The notes under the pieces are model-generated. The model made no database searches, had not been told where the DNA came from, and saw nothing but the letters and a program-made list of their open reading frames with translations. DNA of 63,324 bases, filler included, from Lenisia limosa (lineage: Eukaryota; Protista; Breviatea): the NCBI GenBank assembly GCA_001655205.1. It is 8 parts of 8 records of this genome, joined end to end, with 100 filler letters (N's around TTAATTAATTAA, not from the genome) between each part and the next. Parts side by side here need not be neighbours in the genome. Positions count along the whole stretch, not along the records: positions 20,930 to 25,260 come from LPNZ01007750.1; positions 25,361 to 49,487 come from LPNZ01009196.1; 6 more parts are not named here. The stretch is one strand, 5' to 3'. Each line of letters begins with the position of its first letter. Position 1 is the first letter of the stretch. Below are positions 23,901 through 35,469 of the stretch, in pieces. A program made the translations under genes and the position numbers.

Positions 23901-25250
23901 TCAATATTAACTCTGTTGTATAAACATTTTGTTGGGGAGTAACAATTGCTCGAAAGTCGGACACCCCATGTTCAAGAGCCCCCCCCCCCCATGTTCAAGC
24001 TTTATATACACACAAACCTCATGTTCAGAGTACCACTTGGTTAAGATGAACTTGAGCGGGCTTGGCTGACCAGCTTCGATTGCCATAATGGCAGCGCGGC
24101 GGCCGTACTGCGCAAGTGAACACAAATTCCAAATGGAGATGTAATTCATGAGAATTAAGTGTACAATACTAATGATAGACATGACTGGGGCATAAAAGTT
24201 CCATCTGAAGATCATATTAGTGCATACTGCTGATTATACTTGATGGTACTCTGCAATTAGTGGGCACAAATTCCAAATGGAGATGCCATTCATGGTTTAA
24301 TAAATCTTCCGTATTTGCTCTTCCTCTCATCATAGTAGTGTATAATAATGGTATCAGCTACAGACTTGACCCAGTGTTATTCATTGTGTGACACACTTCA
24401 CTTCAACAACTAGCCGAATTATGCTCCGTAATCATAATATAATCACTGGTATTTGCCTGTCAGAGTCGTAAAAAAAAGAGACCAATCTGGGGATCGAACC
24501 CGCGCTTCGGTTCCGGTTCGGTTCCGGTTCCGTTTGAAAATCTGAGAACCAGAACCGAAAGTGAAGGGGAGGGCCTACTCGGGGGTTGCGGTTGATAAGT
24601 CGTCCTCTGCGCTCAATGTTACTGACAATGTTGACCAGACCAAGCTGGGCTGCGAGGCACTGCATTAACGACGAAACCTGAAGGATCAAAAATGGGATTT
24701 CTGCATTATGAAATCTGAAAGACCAAAATTGGCTTGCTGAAACCCTCACTCAAATATCAATAAGTATAAGCTCTTGAAAAGAAATCCGGGTGGGGGTGTG
24801 GGGGGGCAAATACCAACAAGCATATAAAAGCCCCTGAAATGAAGGAAATTGGAAACCTTTTCGTACCATAAAGATGCTCACACGAGTTATAACAAGAAAC
24901 AAAGGAGAACAATCAAAGTCTTCACAATCCTCAATCAATATGATACGACACGCACAACTTGGGATTCACTTCGGTTCGAAAAAAGACTGAATTTTTCGAT
25001 AAATCTTCGAATCGACATTTTACTGGTGTTTTTCGAACAGAAGTGAAGCCCTACGCACAACCCCCTCCCCCACCCCGGGTGTGCCCTTGTAGTCATCCAA
25101 GATCGGAACGATTTCGTCCTCGTAGTCGCCGGACGCCACTGCGGCACGGAGTTTGATCATGGTCTGAGCCGACAGGTTGCAGTTCTCCTTCTGATCGTCA
25201 ATGCTGTCGCCGTCTTCCAGCATCAGCGGACCTAGGCCCTTTCCTTCTGG
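20930..25250 (-). CDS. Ankyrin-repeat protein (multi-exon, open at both ends)
   Basis: Exons: GKGLGPLML..LRAAVASGDYEDEIVPIL (~25090-25245), YGRRAAIMAIEAGQPSPLKFIL (~24020-24108), LPALVHNVIR..ELLKAIVEAGGNIMAPDE (~23717-23860), DGDVAMDIAVASKDQVLFSALINAG (~23315-23390), TALHIAAKHGYSSVVKILVDAGG (~22595-22672), INGRTPVMLSVHAN..LIRNGADLHIPDD (22220-22321), and a Pro-rich exon at ~20930-21010. Mostly one repeat per phase-0 exon. Confidence 0.82.
21078..21323. mobile_element. Two adjacent MITE family A copies (21078-21151 and degenerate ~21181-21323)
   Basis: GGGCTTCAATTCGGTTCGAAAAAAGAC...GAAGTGAAGCTCC, then a diverged copy in inverted orientation. Confidence 0.65.
21803..21890 (+). other. tRNA-like / SINE-like fragment
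   Basis: A-box-like TAATCAAGTGG, T-arm/B-box GGGTTCAATTCCC and a downstream T-run. The anticodon stem is poor and the 5' end is in a gap. Confidence 0.22.
22171..22236. repeat. 33-bp perfect tandem duplication spanning an exon/donor junction
   Basis: TACCCATCCTCCTCACGTCATCAGGAATATGTA x2. Confidence 0.92.
22333..22513. mobile_element. Two adjacent MITE family A copies in opposite orientation (22333-22420 and ~22429-22513)
   Basis: GGGGCACTTCGGTTCAAAAA...TTTCGAACCGAAATGAAGCCC, then GGCTTC...GATAAATCCTCGATAAATATCGATATT...CGGACCGAAGTGAACC. Confidence 0.72.
23599..23650. mobile_element. MITE family A partial copy
   Basis: CCTCGATAAATATCGATATTTTACCGGTCTTTTTGGGACCGTAGGGAAGCCC. Confidence 0.72.
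24961..25051. mobile_element. MITE family A near-complete copy (91 bp)
   Basis: TIRs GGGATTCACTTCGGTTCGAAAAA / TTTTTCGAACAGAAGTGAAGCCC. Confidence 0.78.
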
Positions 25251-25360
25251 GGGGGGGGGGNNNNNNNNNNNNNNNNNNNNNNNNNNNNNNNNNNNNNNNN
25301 NNNNTTAATTAATTAANNNNNNNNNNNNNNNNNNNNNNNNNNNNNNNNNNNNNNNNNNNN

Positions 25361-26578
25361 CTTCGGGGTCGGCACCACGGTTGAGAAGAGAGAGTACAAC
25401 ACCCTCCAGTCCGGCTGACGACGACAAATGCAGAGGAGTTCGTTTCTATAAGGTAAATGCCTTGTTTCTGTAGGGAAAATGTTTTCAATGAGGAAACGGC
25501 AGGGAACGCCGGTATTCTATTAATTATTTCTTAAGAGAGGGATTAAATGTATACCTACATCATATCATATATGACGTATGATGATATATGTATAAAGCAT
25601 ATCCAAATAATAATCAAACTATGCACTTAGTGAAGCCACCCACATCAGAACGTCTTGACTCAAAAGAGGCACCCGCAGCAATGAGGATTTCTGCAATGCG
25701 CGGCCGGCCAGCCTGACACGCGATATCGAGAGCTGTTCGTCCCTTTGATGGTGAGTCCTGGTGTATTGACCAGCCTTGTTCATGCATTGCCAAAGAGATA
25801 TTCTCAAACAAACGATGCGCATTAAATGATCATTCCAAATAGGTTAAATATGAGCACTTCATGATCTATTATTTTCAGTCACGGGAATGAGTAATTATAC
25901 ATGAATAAGATATCATGTCATTCCATTGCTCTTGCTTTAAAAAAAAAAAAATAATAATAATAAAAAAAAAAGATTTTCATACTTTCAATGGCCGTTCAAG
26001 GAAGCTCCCAATTAAGTATGAGAACCAAAAAACACCATNNNNNNNNNNNNNNNNNNNNNNNNNNNNNNNNNNNNNNNNNNNNAAATCTTTGGAGAAGGCC
26101 CGCTGTTCTGAAGAATATGAGCACTGAATAACAAACAACGTTCCTTTCCACAAAAAAAAAGAGTTCAGGGATCACTGAATGTACTTTTTTTTTTGCTTTT
26201 TTTTTTTTTTTTTACACATTATTGTTTTNNNNNNNNNNNNNNNNNNNNNNNNNNNNNNNNNNNNNNNNNNNNNNNNNNNNNNNNNNNNNCTTCTGCGGAA
26301 GCTCGAGGTCACATTTGGCCTTGATTAGAAGGGTAACGGCCTTCTCTTTGTCAAGCAAAGTGGCAAGGTGGAGGGGGGTCACGCCCTTGAGCCAGTAACG
26401 ATGAACGAAAAGAGGATGATGACATACGCGGCAAATGATAACAAGAAACCAATACGCATCCTGAAAAAATGAATTGTCATCTTACCTCCGTTGAGTACTC
26501 GTCAGGATTGCTATCTGGAAGTAACCGCTCAAACGTCTCAATATCCCCAGAGAGCAGTGCCTCACTGAGCTGTGTCAT
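25361..26578 (-). CDS. Ankyrin-repeat protein, N-terminal part (truncated at spacer)
   Basis: Exons MTQLSEALLSGDIETFERLL (ATG 26578), GVTPLHLATLLDKEKAVTLLIKAKCDL (~26290-26390), GRTALDIACQAGRPRIAEILIAAGASF (~25660-25745), RTPLHLSSSAGLEGVVLSLLNRGADPE (~25361-25440). Confidence 0.85.
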
Positions 26579-26989
26579 TCGGGAATAGGAAGAATATTCA
26601 AGGATAGTCTTCAGATACTAAAATAAGGAAAAGATATAAATTTGATAATTTGATATCTGAAGAGGCAGAGCTACGAGGAAAGCTGTGGGATCGACTTTAA
26701 ATTCCTCGCTGTCTTCACTATCGTCCAACTGCCTCCTTATAGTCTTGTAATCTCAGTGTAATCTCAAGTATAAACAACAAACAATATTGTACTTCCTTTT
26801 CTTTTTCTTCCTTTCCTTAGTTTGCCCCAGCTCATAAATATGACTGTAACTAATGCAACTAATTTTAATATAGTGAAACTTTTCAAGTCAAACAACTGCC
26901 CCCTATATTGCACTATCCCTAAAATCCCGCAACTCAGTGTCCACATATAAATCCACTTGGGAAGGTGTCAACCTCCCTTTATTTTAGAG

Positions 26990-29900
26990 ATGAGTGACTC
27001 TTTGGAAGCCCCTCGCGTCCCTTCCCCTGTACCTTCACCTTCATTTGGTATAACAAAGAATGTTGCCGGCGTTTGGAAGCAGACTTCACTCTTGACATGG
27101 AAGAACTGGACGATCATTGTATGTTCCTAATAACTCACCTCCATAGAAACGAACCAAAAGCTCAGCTTGGATTCAAGCAGTTGCCCCATTAATTCTTGTT
27201 GCATCCTTGTTCCTATTACAATATGGTGGTATGAAGGAATTGGTTTTTTTTGTTTTGTTGTGCGTCCATAGATTGTTTGAGGGAAAGACACGAGTGGGTG
27301 TTCTACTGATTAACTGTTACTTTTTAGTTTCGATGAACCAGCGTCTTAGTGTCATTAATAAGGTTTGTGGTTTAGAGTAAAGCTGGACTTCGCCCTTTTT
27401 TTTTTTTGTTCTCTGATATTGAAGGTTGCAAAAGACTTTCAAGCAGATGAGCTGGGTGTGATTCCTAAGTGCAAGCCTCACCTTGTGAGTATTGGAAAGA
27501 ATGTATTATATCATGTGTACATGTTATTGAAGTATTGAAATTCATCATTTGCTGTTTGTTTTATTTTTGTCAATTTTTGGAATTCCAAATCTCTTTGGAA
27601 TCTTAACCACACTGTATAAATGTGCTTCTTTCTTTTGTCACCCTACAGCAAACTACATGCATTGAATTTGGCTACATTTGCAATGATGAGGCCCTTCCTA
27701 TCATCGAAAAGGTGAGGGAGAAACATTAAACCAAAGCAAACCTGTGAGGATCGCCAAATAGGGAATAGAGAGAGTCTAAGTGTTCTATAAATAGAAAGTG
27801 CAACAACTTCTGATTCTAAAAACACAGTTTATACAATATGATCTTTTTCTTATAACACTCAGAATCAGTTTTTAAGACGGATACCATCCTAGTATTAATG
27901 GACTTAGATTGCCGAAATCAGCGGGTTGGACATTACCAAGCAAAAACGGTTCAATGACACTGAATCGGCGGATAACTTCATTTATGAGAACCTCAATGTA
28001 ACACAAGGAGGTGTGTTGAGTGCTTTTATTTGAGACAAATTCCCGATAAACCAAGATTGACCTTTTGTTAAATGTTCTAAGTGTGTCTTTTTCATATCAT
28101 TGATTCTCTTACCTGGTAGTTTATCACATGAATGTACTGAACACCACAAATGGCCTTCGAGTCGAGTACGACATAATGTTGAACTACACCAAGAGTTTTG
28201 TGAGGTGAGTCGTACACCCGCTTCCGACTCTATGAGCCCAATACAGGGGGGAGGGGGTCATTCTATCCTAAAGGTCCTTCTTTCCAAATACCAGTTCTCT
28301 ATTTTGGTGGGGATGATATTGATTTCTTTGAGATCGGAAGTGACAAAACTACATGTATATTTAACAAGTATGGTTTCATTGTGTTAACTGGTTTAGAAAG
28401 GACCCCGTTTATCCCATTAAGACTTTTCTCCTTCCAATGCAAAACGCAGCTGAAAAGTCCATTTGTAAGTGGGTGTCTGTTTAGTTCAAACATACATGGA
28501 AATTCCGCTTTAAATCACAAAAGACATGAGCGCTTGTAAAAAACATATGATTCAAAACTGAACGACTTCATATGTCCAATTCACCAATGCAGTGTGGTGG
28601 GCAGCAGACAGAGACGTGGACTACGAAATTAGCATTGCACCGTTACCGCACCCTGCACTGAAGCCTCTGAGCGGTATCTGGTGAAACCTCACTTGATTAT
28701 GAAATCAATTTTATTGTGTTGTTAAGCCACACGCTTAAAAAGGTTTCAGTTGACACTGTTGCACATTGCTCCCTCATTTTTCTTAGTTATCTTCGAAGCC
28801 GGTCCATCGTTCTTCTTTGGGGCTCTTTGCTTCAACGCCGTAATCCAACTGGGGCAAATCGTGATGGAGAAGGAGAATGGACTTCGGGAGGCTTTGAGGG
28901 TGGGGATGGGGTCTTCAATGTATTGTTGGTGTCTTAATTGCCAAGTTCACTATTCGATTTTTACCTTAAGGAAGTAATACCGTTATTTTGTTCAATGTTT
29001 ATTGAATTTAGGTTCATGACTCATCTTACTGGATCAGTTACTTCATCACAAACTCCTGTAAGAAGTGGCTAAACACTTAAATACCCACGATCTTTTTATT
29101 CTTCTTGTTTTTGCACACAAATAGTCTACCTTCCATGTGATACTGTGGTAAAGAGGACAGCTATACTGGCTTATCTGGTCAGATCTCTCTGAGATCAGGA
29201 CCAAAGCCCCCATAGAGCCCAATTATGTATTAAGGTGGTTCAGTGCTTTTTTATTTTGATATTAACCACTTTTGCAGCTAAATCGTGTTTTCCTCACTGT
29301 TGTGATTTTTTAATCCACATCCGCGTCATATACTATATTTTTGCCACAAGTCCAACTTTTTGATCATCTGTTCAGTGACAAACATTGTGTCCACTACAAT
29401 CCTTATCCTGTCCGGGCTCCTGTTCCAATTTGACTTCTTCTACAAGGTAATTATAAAGGGTGTCATGTAAGGACAAGACAGCGAAATATCAATCTCAAGG
29501 CTTTTTTCAGTATTGATTTAACTCAATTTCTGTATTCGTTTGAAATATTACGGTTTAGAACTCCGCTGGTGTATACTGTGTACTCTTCTACGCATTCGGG
29601 CTCTGTATGGTACCAATGACGCTATTTGTCTCAGTGTTTGTCAACAAGGCCACAACAGCGTCTAGTGTTGGCTTCTTCCTCTACCTCGTCGGAGCAATGG
29701 GACAAGGTCAGCTTTCTTCTGGATTTCTTAAATATGACTCGACATTTCCCCGGTCCATACACCATAGAATTGCTAACATATTAGGCTTCGCTAGGTTCCT
29801 CTATGATCCTAATATGGAGTGGTATTACACGTATCCTCCAAGCCTCTTACCTTTTATCTTACTGGCAAAGGTTGGTTTTTCCTACTTTGATTCCTGGTTT

Positions 29901-32900
29901 GTTTTTAAATTTAAGAGGCCCGGTGTTTTATTACCTTTTAGGGCATGATGGACTTAAGTGATGCGTCCAACAACGAACTTGCCCCTGGAATGCATTGGGA
30001 AGATGTTAACGATGTAGGCAGTCAGTGATATTGTCAAGAGCTTCTCTTTGAATTTGAACACTATGCATAAATACCGAAGAATAGCCTTGTTTTATTCTTC
30101 ATTATGTGTGTTTTCACATTCCAGGGCTACTGGCCTATGATGAAAACATTCGAATACATGGGGATCAGCTTTGTCCTGTTCACCATTCTCGCCCTTTATG
30201 CAGATAACGTTGTGCCAAGTGGGGGAGTTCTGAGTGCCTTTCTGCCCTTTTCACATTTACACAGTCTTTACAATAATAAGGGGTATCATATGATTTCTAA
30301 ACAGAAGCTAATAATGTGCCTTTAGCCTTACTAGCCGTGAACAGAGCTTGACTCATCCCCTTTAGACCCTGCCGGACTCAGAAAGCCCTGGTACTACCCC
30401 CTTCAGCCGTCCTACTGGCGCCAAAGCCCTTTGAAGAAGGTCAACAAGAAAAAACGTGGGTTTCTATGGGATCCGAGTTTTGCTCTGAAAAGACCATGGA
30501 TAGTTGTCCAAAAGGGGAAATAGTGTTTAAGTTGAAAAAAAAGGTCTTAATATATTAATATTATGATGATAGGATATAGTCTGATATATTTTGTGTACAT
30601 AAATACTCATTACTCTTCTATTCTGCTCCTGGTATGACCCTGAAGGTCGCAAGAACAAGACGATCAACTCTGAAGTTACTGAATCCACCAGTTTGCTCTC
30701 AAATGAAAGTGGGTTATTGGAATTGTTGTTCTTTGACCTTATGGGACATTGTAAAAAGTTAAAATAGAAGCTAACCCTGCAGTTGCCAGTACCCCGATGT
30801 CTCCTATTGATGAGTCTCTGGATATTGATGTGGTGGAAGAAGCCAAAAAGGTCCAAATGGCAGACCCTGAAGTAGGCCTTAGAATAGTGTTCTTTCACTT
30901 GAGACGCAAAACAGTCTTCCGCATGTTTATCATTTTTATTATCTTATATAGTATGTAATTAGATATACTATGCAATTATACATATGATATAATAGTATGT
31001 ATTTCCACAAAATAAAAAAAGCGAAATGAAACAGAGTGTTATTGAACCAGTACACTTGAACCCCACCCATTTTTTTGACATTTATTTTACAAATAGTAAT
31101 ATGATATTTATGCATGAATTAGTATAACGTTTGCTGTGTGTGCTTTGATATGTTGGCTCAAATAATCACAATTTGATTGTAATTCCATCACTTTTCAGGT
31201 GTCTTCTGCAGCAATTGTTGTATCTGACCTCACCAAAACGTTCACCAAATCCAAAGGTGAGGACAATTGTAGTTCATCATCTTTGTTAGCTCTTGTTTTT
31301 ATACAATACCTTGTCCCCCCACCCCCCTAGTTCACCCCCTCCCCAGGATGCTGTGGAACCACCTCCTTCACAGCTGTCAATCATACCAACTTCTTTGTTC
31401 AACCCTCGTCTCTCCTGTGCCTCCTTGGACACAACGGCGCTGGTTTGAGAGGGGTGATGTGATAGCGGCGATATGCAGAGCAACCTTCAATTGTTGAGCC
31501 TCACGTGATGTATTGGTTAATCGCAATGGGTTCTTTTTGGGCAGCTTACGAGAGCAGGCAAGACGACAACCATCAATATGCTCACGGGACGATTCCTGCC
31601 GACAGAAGGAGACGCCTGGCTGTTCGGTTACAGTGTCACTCATCAGGTGGACCAACTCAGGTCCTTCATCGGCGTCTGTATGAGGGGATACAGGAGGTTT
31701 TTGAGTTAAAATCTATGGTAAATCCAACATATCAGGATATTGTTATTGTTTTGTGTTACTCTCTTGCATATTTCGTTTCAAAATAGGTCAAGACATTTCA
31801 AGGATTTTCTTGTTCCTCAGTTTGGGTTCTTCTCCAAGCTAATCCCAACCAGGCCCCCAGCACGACATTCTCTTCGACCAGTTGACTGCAGCAGAGCACA
31901 TTGAGCTTTACGCCGGCCTGCGGGGGATGAACCACCATGATGTCGCTGACGAGGTATTCATTAAACTATTTTATCGCTGTTTCGGTTTAGCTTTTCCCCA
32001 GACTCCCAACCAAATGTTGATAACACACTATTTATCGATATGTCGCCAAACTTCTGCCTTGCTGACCATCAAGGTCCGTGACCGCTTAAGTGATGTCCGC
32101 CTCCTTTCAGTCCGAGACGTTCTTGCTGGTTGGCAAAGGGGAATTAGCATTGAATGGCATGTGATCATTATTAATCCCTGATTTATCTAGGTTTTAAAAA
32201 AGCAAGATGACGTTAAACAAATAGTTCTTGTAACCCTTCTCCTCCAGGTGCTTACAGCGGAGGAATGAAGCGCAGACTTTCAGTCGCCATTTCACTGGTT
32301 GCCAACCCGAAAATCGTGTTCCTTGACGAGCCGGTTGGAGGAGGGGGGCTTGGTTGTAGAGGGGAAAGAAAGTATATAATCCTTCTTTAACCAGAAGGAG
32401 TAACTTACTAAGTTGTAGGAGGTGAAGATCCCAATAGATTGGAACTGCATTTAACTCCTGTGACGATTAACCATTTAGACCACCGGCATGGACCCCATTA
32501 GCAGACGGCAGGTCTGGGAGTTCCTCTCCAGAGCTAAGGAGGGAAGGGTCATTATCCTGACTACGTATGGGGGTTATACTTTTAGTGCTCTATATGTATA
32601 TCATATAGTACTTAGGTTTTCATACGCGCACTTATCTTCATTTTTGCACTTAACATTTCACCACCCCCTATACAGGCACTCAATGACAGAAGCATCTCTA
32701 CTTTCCGACAAGATCATCATTATGAGCGAAGGACAGTGTAAGCTCATAGCCTTATTTGTCCGAAAAATAATGCTCACTAAATATATCTATTATTGAGCGT
32801 AATTCCTTAAAACGCTGTTTTATGCGGCTTTCTGATTTTTTTTATTTCTCCACAATAACACTCACAGTCTCCGCTGTTGGCTCTGGCTTGCATCTCAAGA

Positions 32901-33286
32901 ACCGATTCGGATCTGGGTATACCATCAAGGTGGTCACTGATCAGTGTGATGATGTGCTGGCGTATTGCACCAAGGAGCTTTCATGGCTGAACGTGGGCTT
33001 TACTAGACGCCAATTTTGAAACTTCATTCCTTTCGACATTATCAATCGTGGAAGCAACTTATGAGTGTAGGTTGTCTCTTCCGGAAAAGACCGAGTGGTG
33101 TTCACGGTAGGGCATTACCACTTGTTCAGAAGTCTAAAGAGACACAGCGCCGATGTTGTTCTGAGTGTTCTCTCACCAACGTAGGCAAGCCCATCGGACA
33201 CTTCGCAGTTGAGCAGCGCTTTGGACCAGCTTAGAACACTGGAAACTGTCCAAGACGTCCAAATCTCAATGGCTACTCTCGAGGAT
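26990..33286 (+). CDS. ABCA: ABCA-subfamily transporter, half-size (one TMD + one NBD visible); last exon(s) unresolved
   Basis: N-terminal KQTSLLTWKNW; Walker A GHNGA|GKTTT (~31430-31570); PQHDILFDQLTAAEH; signature YSGGMKRRLS; Walker B VFLDEP|TTGMDP; HSMTEA; GSGLHLKNRFGSGY; SMATLED (~33265-33286). Confidence 0.92.
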
Positions 33287-33384
33287 GTGGGGAGGGGGGG
33301 GGGTGAATAATCTGCCACTTAAGGTGGCTCAGTCCTTTTTTTATATTTTGGAAAAAAAAATAGTATAAGTGTGGTCAGTAAATA

Positions 33385-33550
33385 AAATGAGCCTTCGGGA
33401 TAATTCCCAGAGTAATTTTTCGTATAAAACAGCCCTGAAATGGAAATTTTGAAAATGGGTGGAAATTACCTGGAATGTGCCTCACGGAGGCATATATGAT
33501 GCTTTCCTCCAATAGAAATTACCTTTCGGAATTATCCCGAAGGCTCATTT
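33385..33550. mobile_element. 166-bp hairpin/MITE-like element with perfect 23-bp TIRs and TA flanks
   Basis: TA|AAATGAGCCTTCGGGATAATTCC ... GGAATTATCCCGAAGGCTCATTT|TA. Confidence 0.7.
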
Positions 33551-35469
33551 TAATCTTACCATACTTTTATTATTTTTTTCCAAAATCAAAAAAAGGACTG
33601 AACCACCTTAATGAGAGGATTTTTCTCAGAGATGTTTCTGACAATTCTGACCATCCAGGTTTTCCTTCGACTTGCACATAGCACTGAAGTTTAAGTTCTT
33701 TAGTCCTATTTTTGATATGCGATTATACGTATTATACGATGTTGTTTCCACTTCATTGAAAGGGATGTGGGGGGGGGGGTNNNNNNNNNNNNNNNNNNNN
33801 NNNNNNNNNNNNNNNNNNNNNNNNNNNNNNNNNNNNNNNNNNNNNNNNNNNNNNNNNNNNNNNNNNNNNNNCATGCGATATAATATAACTGGTACCTCCA
33901 GTATATATTCTATATAAGTTTTGGCCTGACCCCATGACCCCAGCATGATTGACCGCATGAAGTTCTATATGATATCATACTACATATATATTTATTTTTT
34001 AAATTTGGTTCCAACAAATACCGAATACAAATCTTTGTTTTTCTAAAGAGTTCTAAATATTTTGTCAAACTGGTTTCTAAGTATTTTCGATATAACTGCC
34101 CATAACCAATGCTAAATCAGTAATTTCTGATAGTTTAACAACTTAACTCTCATTTACATCAGAATGGGTTCTTCTAGGACAAGGGTTAACCGACGGTACT
34201 TTTGAAATCTTGGGAGATCGGAATGTGGAAGGTGTCTGATTTTAAACCCCATTCTCCCCTCAAAAAAATCTTTGGCAATGCAACCTAGCCCTTGCTAAAT
34301 GACGTGAAAATACCTGTAATAAAAACGACTGATTTACGTTCTGAGAAACCACAAAAACACCCAAAACTAAAGTGAAAGGGATTACTTCTGTATCCGAATT
34401 CACGGGTCAAAACGGAATGACCCTTCATAAAATTGGGAAAAGAGGTGCCCTTCGCTTTCGGGGTAAATCTGCCTGTGATTGCTTTGGCGTGCTGGGTCGT
34501 CTTTAGGATAAATGTGGACTGTGGTACTGGTTCAATTGTTAAATTTTGACAAATTGTTAAAACATATTAACCGCAGTACAATGATACATCGCTCTCTTCA
34601 ACCACCATTAATGGTGGTTGAATAATGGTCAGTATTTCTCCCAGGGCAGAGACCACACTATTTCATACACATTATAACCACCCCTCCCCACTCTCGTTGA
34701 AGTTGAAGGGACGGTGAGGGGCGAGGCGACTGTCTACTTGGCGATGACGTATAAAGCCCAGAGTTGGCCTGGGGGGGGGGGGGTAAACGGAAANNNNNNN
34801 NNNNNNNNNNNNNNNNNNNNNNNNNNNNNNNNNNNNNNNNNNNNNNNNNNNNNNNNNNNNNNNNNNNNNNNNNNNNNCCCAGCATATCCATCACTCAGTT
34901 GGGCTAAAATGAAGGGAATTATGAAGATGCGATACTACAACCTCCAACATGAAACAAATAGTCGAATCAAACTCAACCAGTTCAACAGATATCGACATTT
35001 AGTCCCCAAACCTGAGGAGATAATGGACAGGTCGGGGATGACGTATGTGCCTTCCTCATTGGGGACCCAAGTACGTCAAGAACGGAAGGTTTCGGGGTGT
35101 TGACGAGTTTAAGGAATGGGGACTTCAGAATGACAGCAACGTGGTTGGGAGTGATTGGGACTATAGTGTCAAGGAGGGCTTTTAAGGTGGAAAAAGAATG
35201 GAAAGGTGTCGATTGTTATCTGGGATTAAAGGTGAAAGAAGTCGGAGTGACAAAAGCTTGGGATCACTTGAGAGTAGTTTGGTATCCCCCCAACTAACAA
35301 TGAATAACCTGGTCTTCTATGTGCTCTTTTGAAATATGTTGAACTGTATCAGATTCGTTCTGCTTGATGAGAGAGTAAAGATTAAGTGATTTTGTCGTTG
35401 TAGAAAATCTTAATAAAAACACCCGATATTTGACAGTGGTATTTTAAGGAAAACAACCTGTGACACACC

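Noticed and set aside
35020-35297. GDD...YLG spacing reminiscent of LINE reverse transcriptase
   Set aside because: No upstream QG-x-x-LSP motif or other RT blocks; two short motifs are insufficient.
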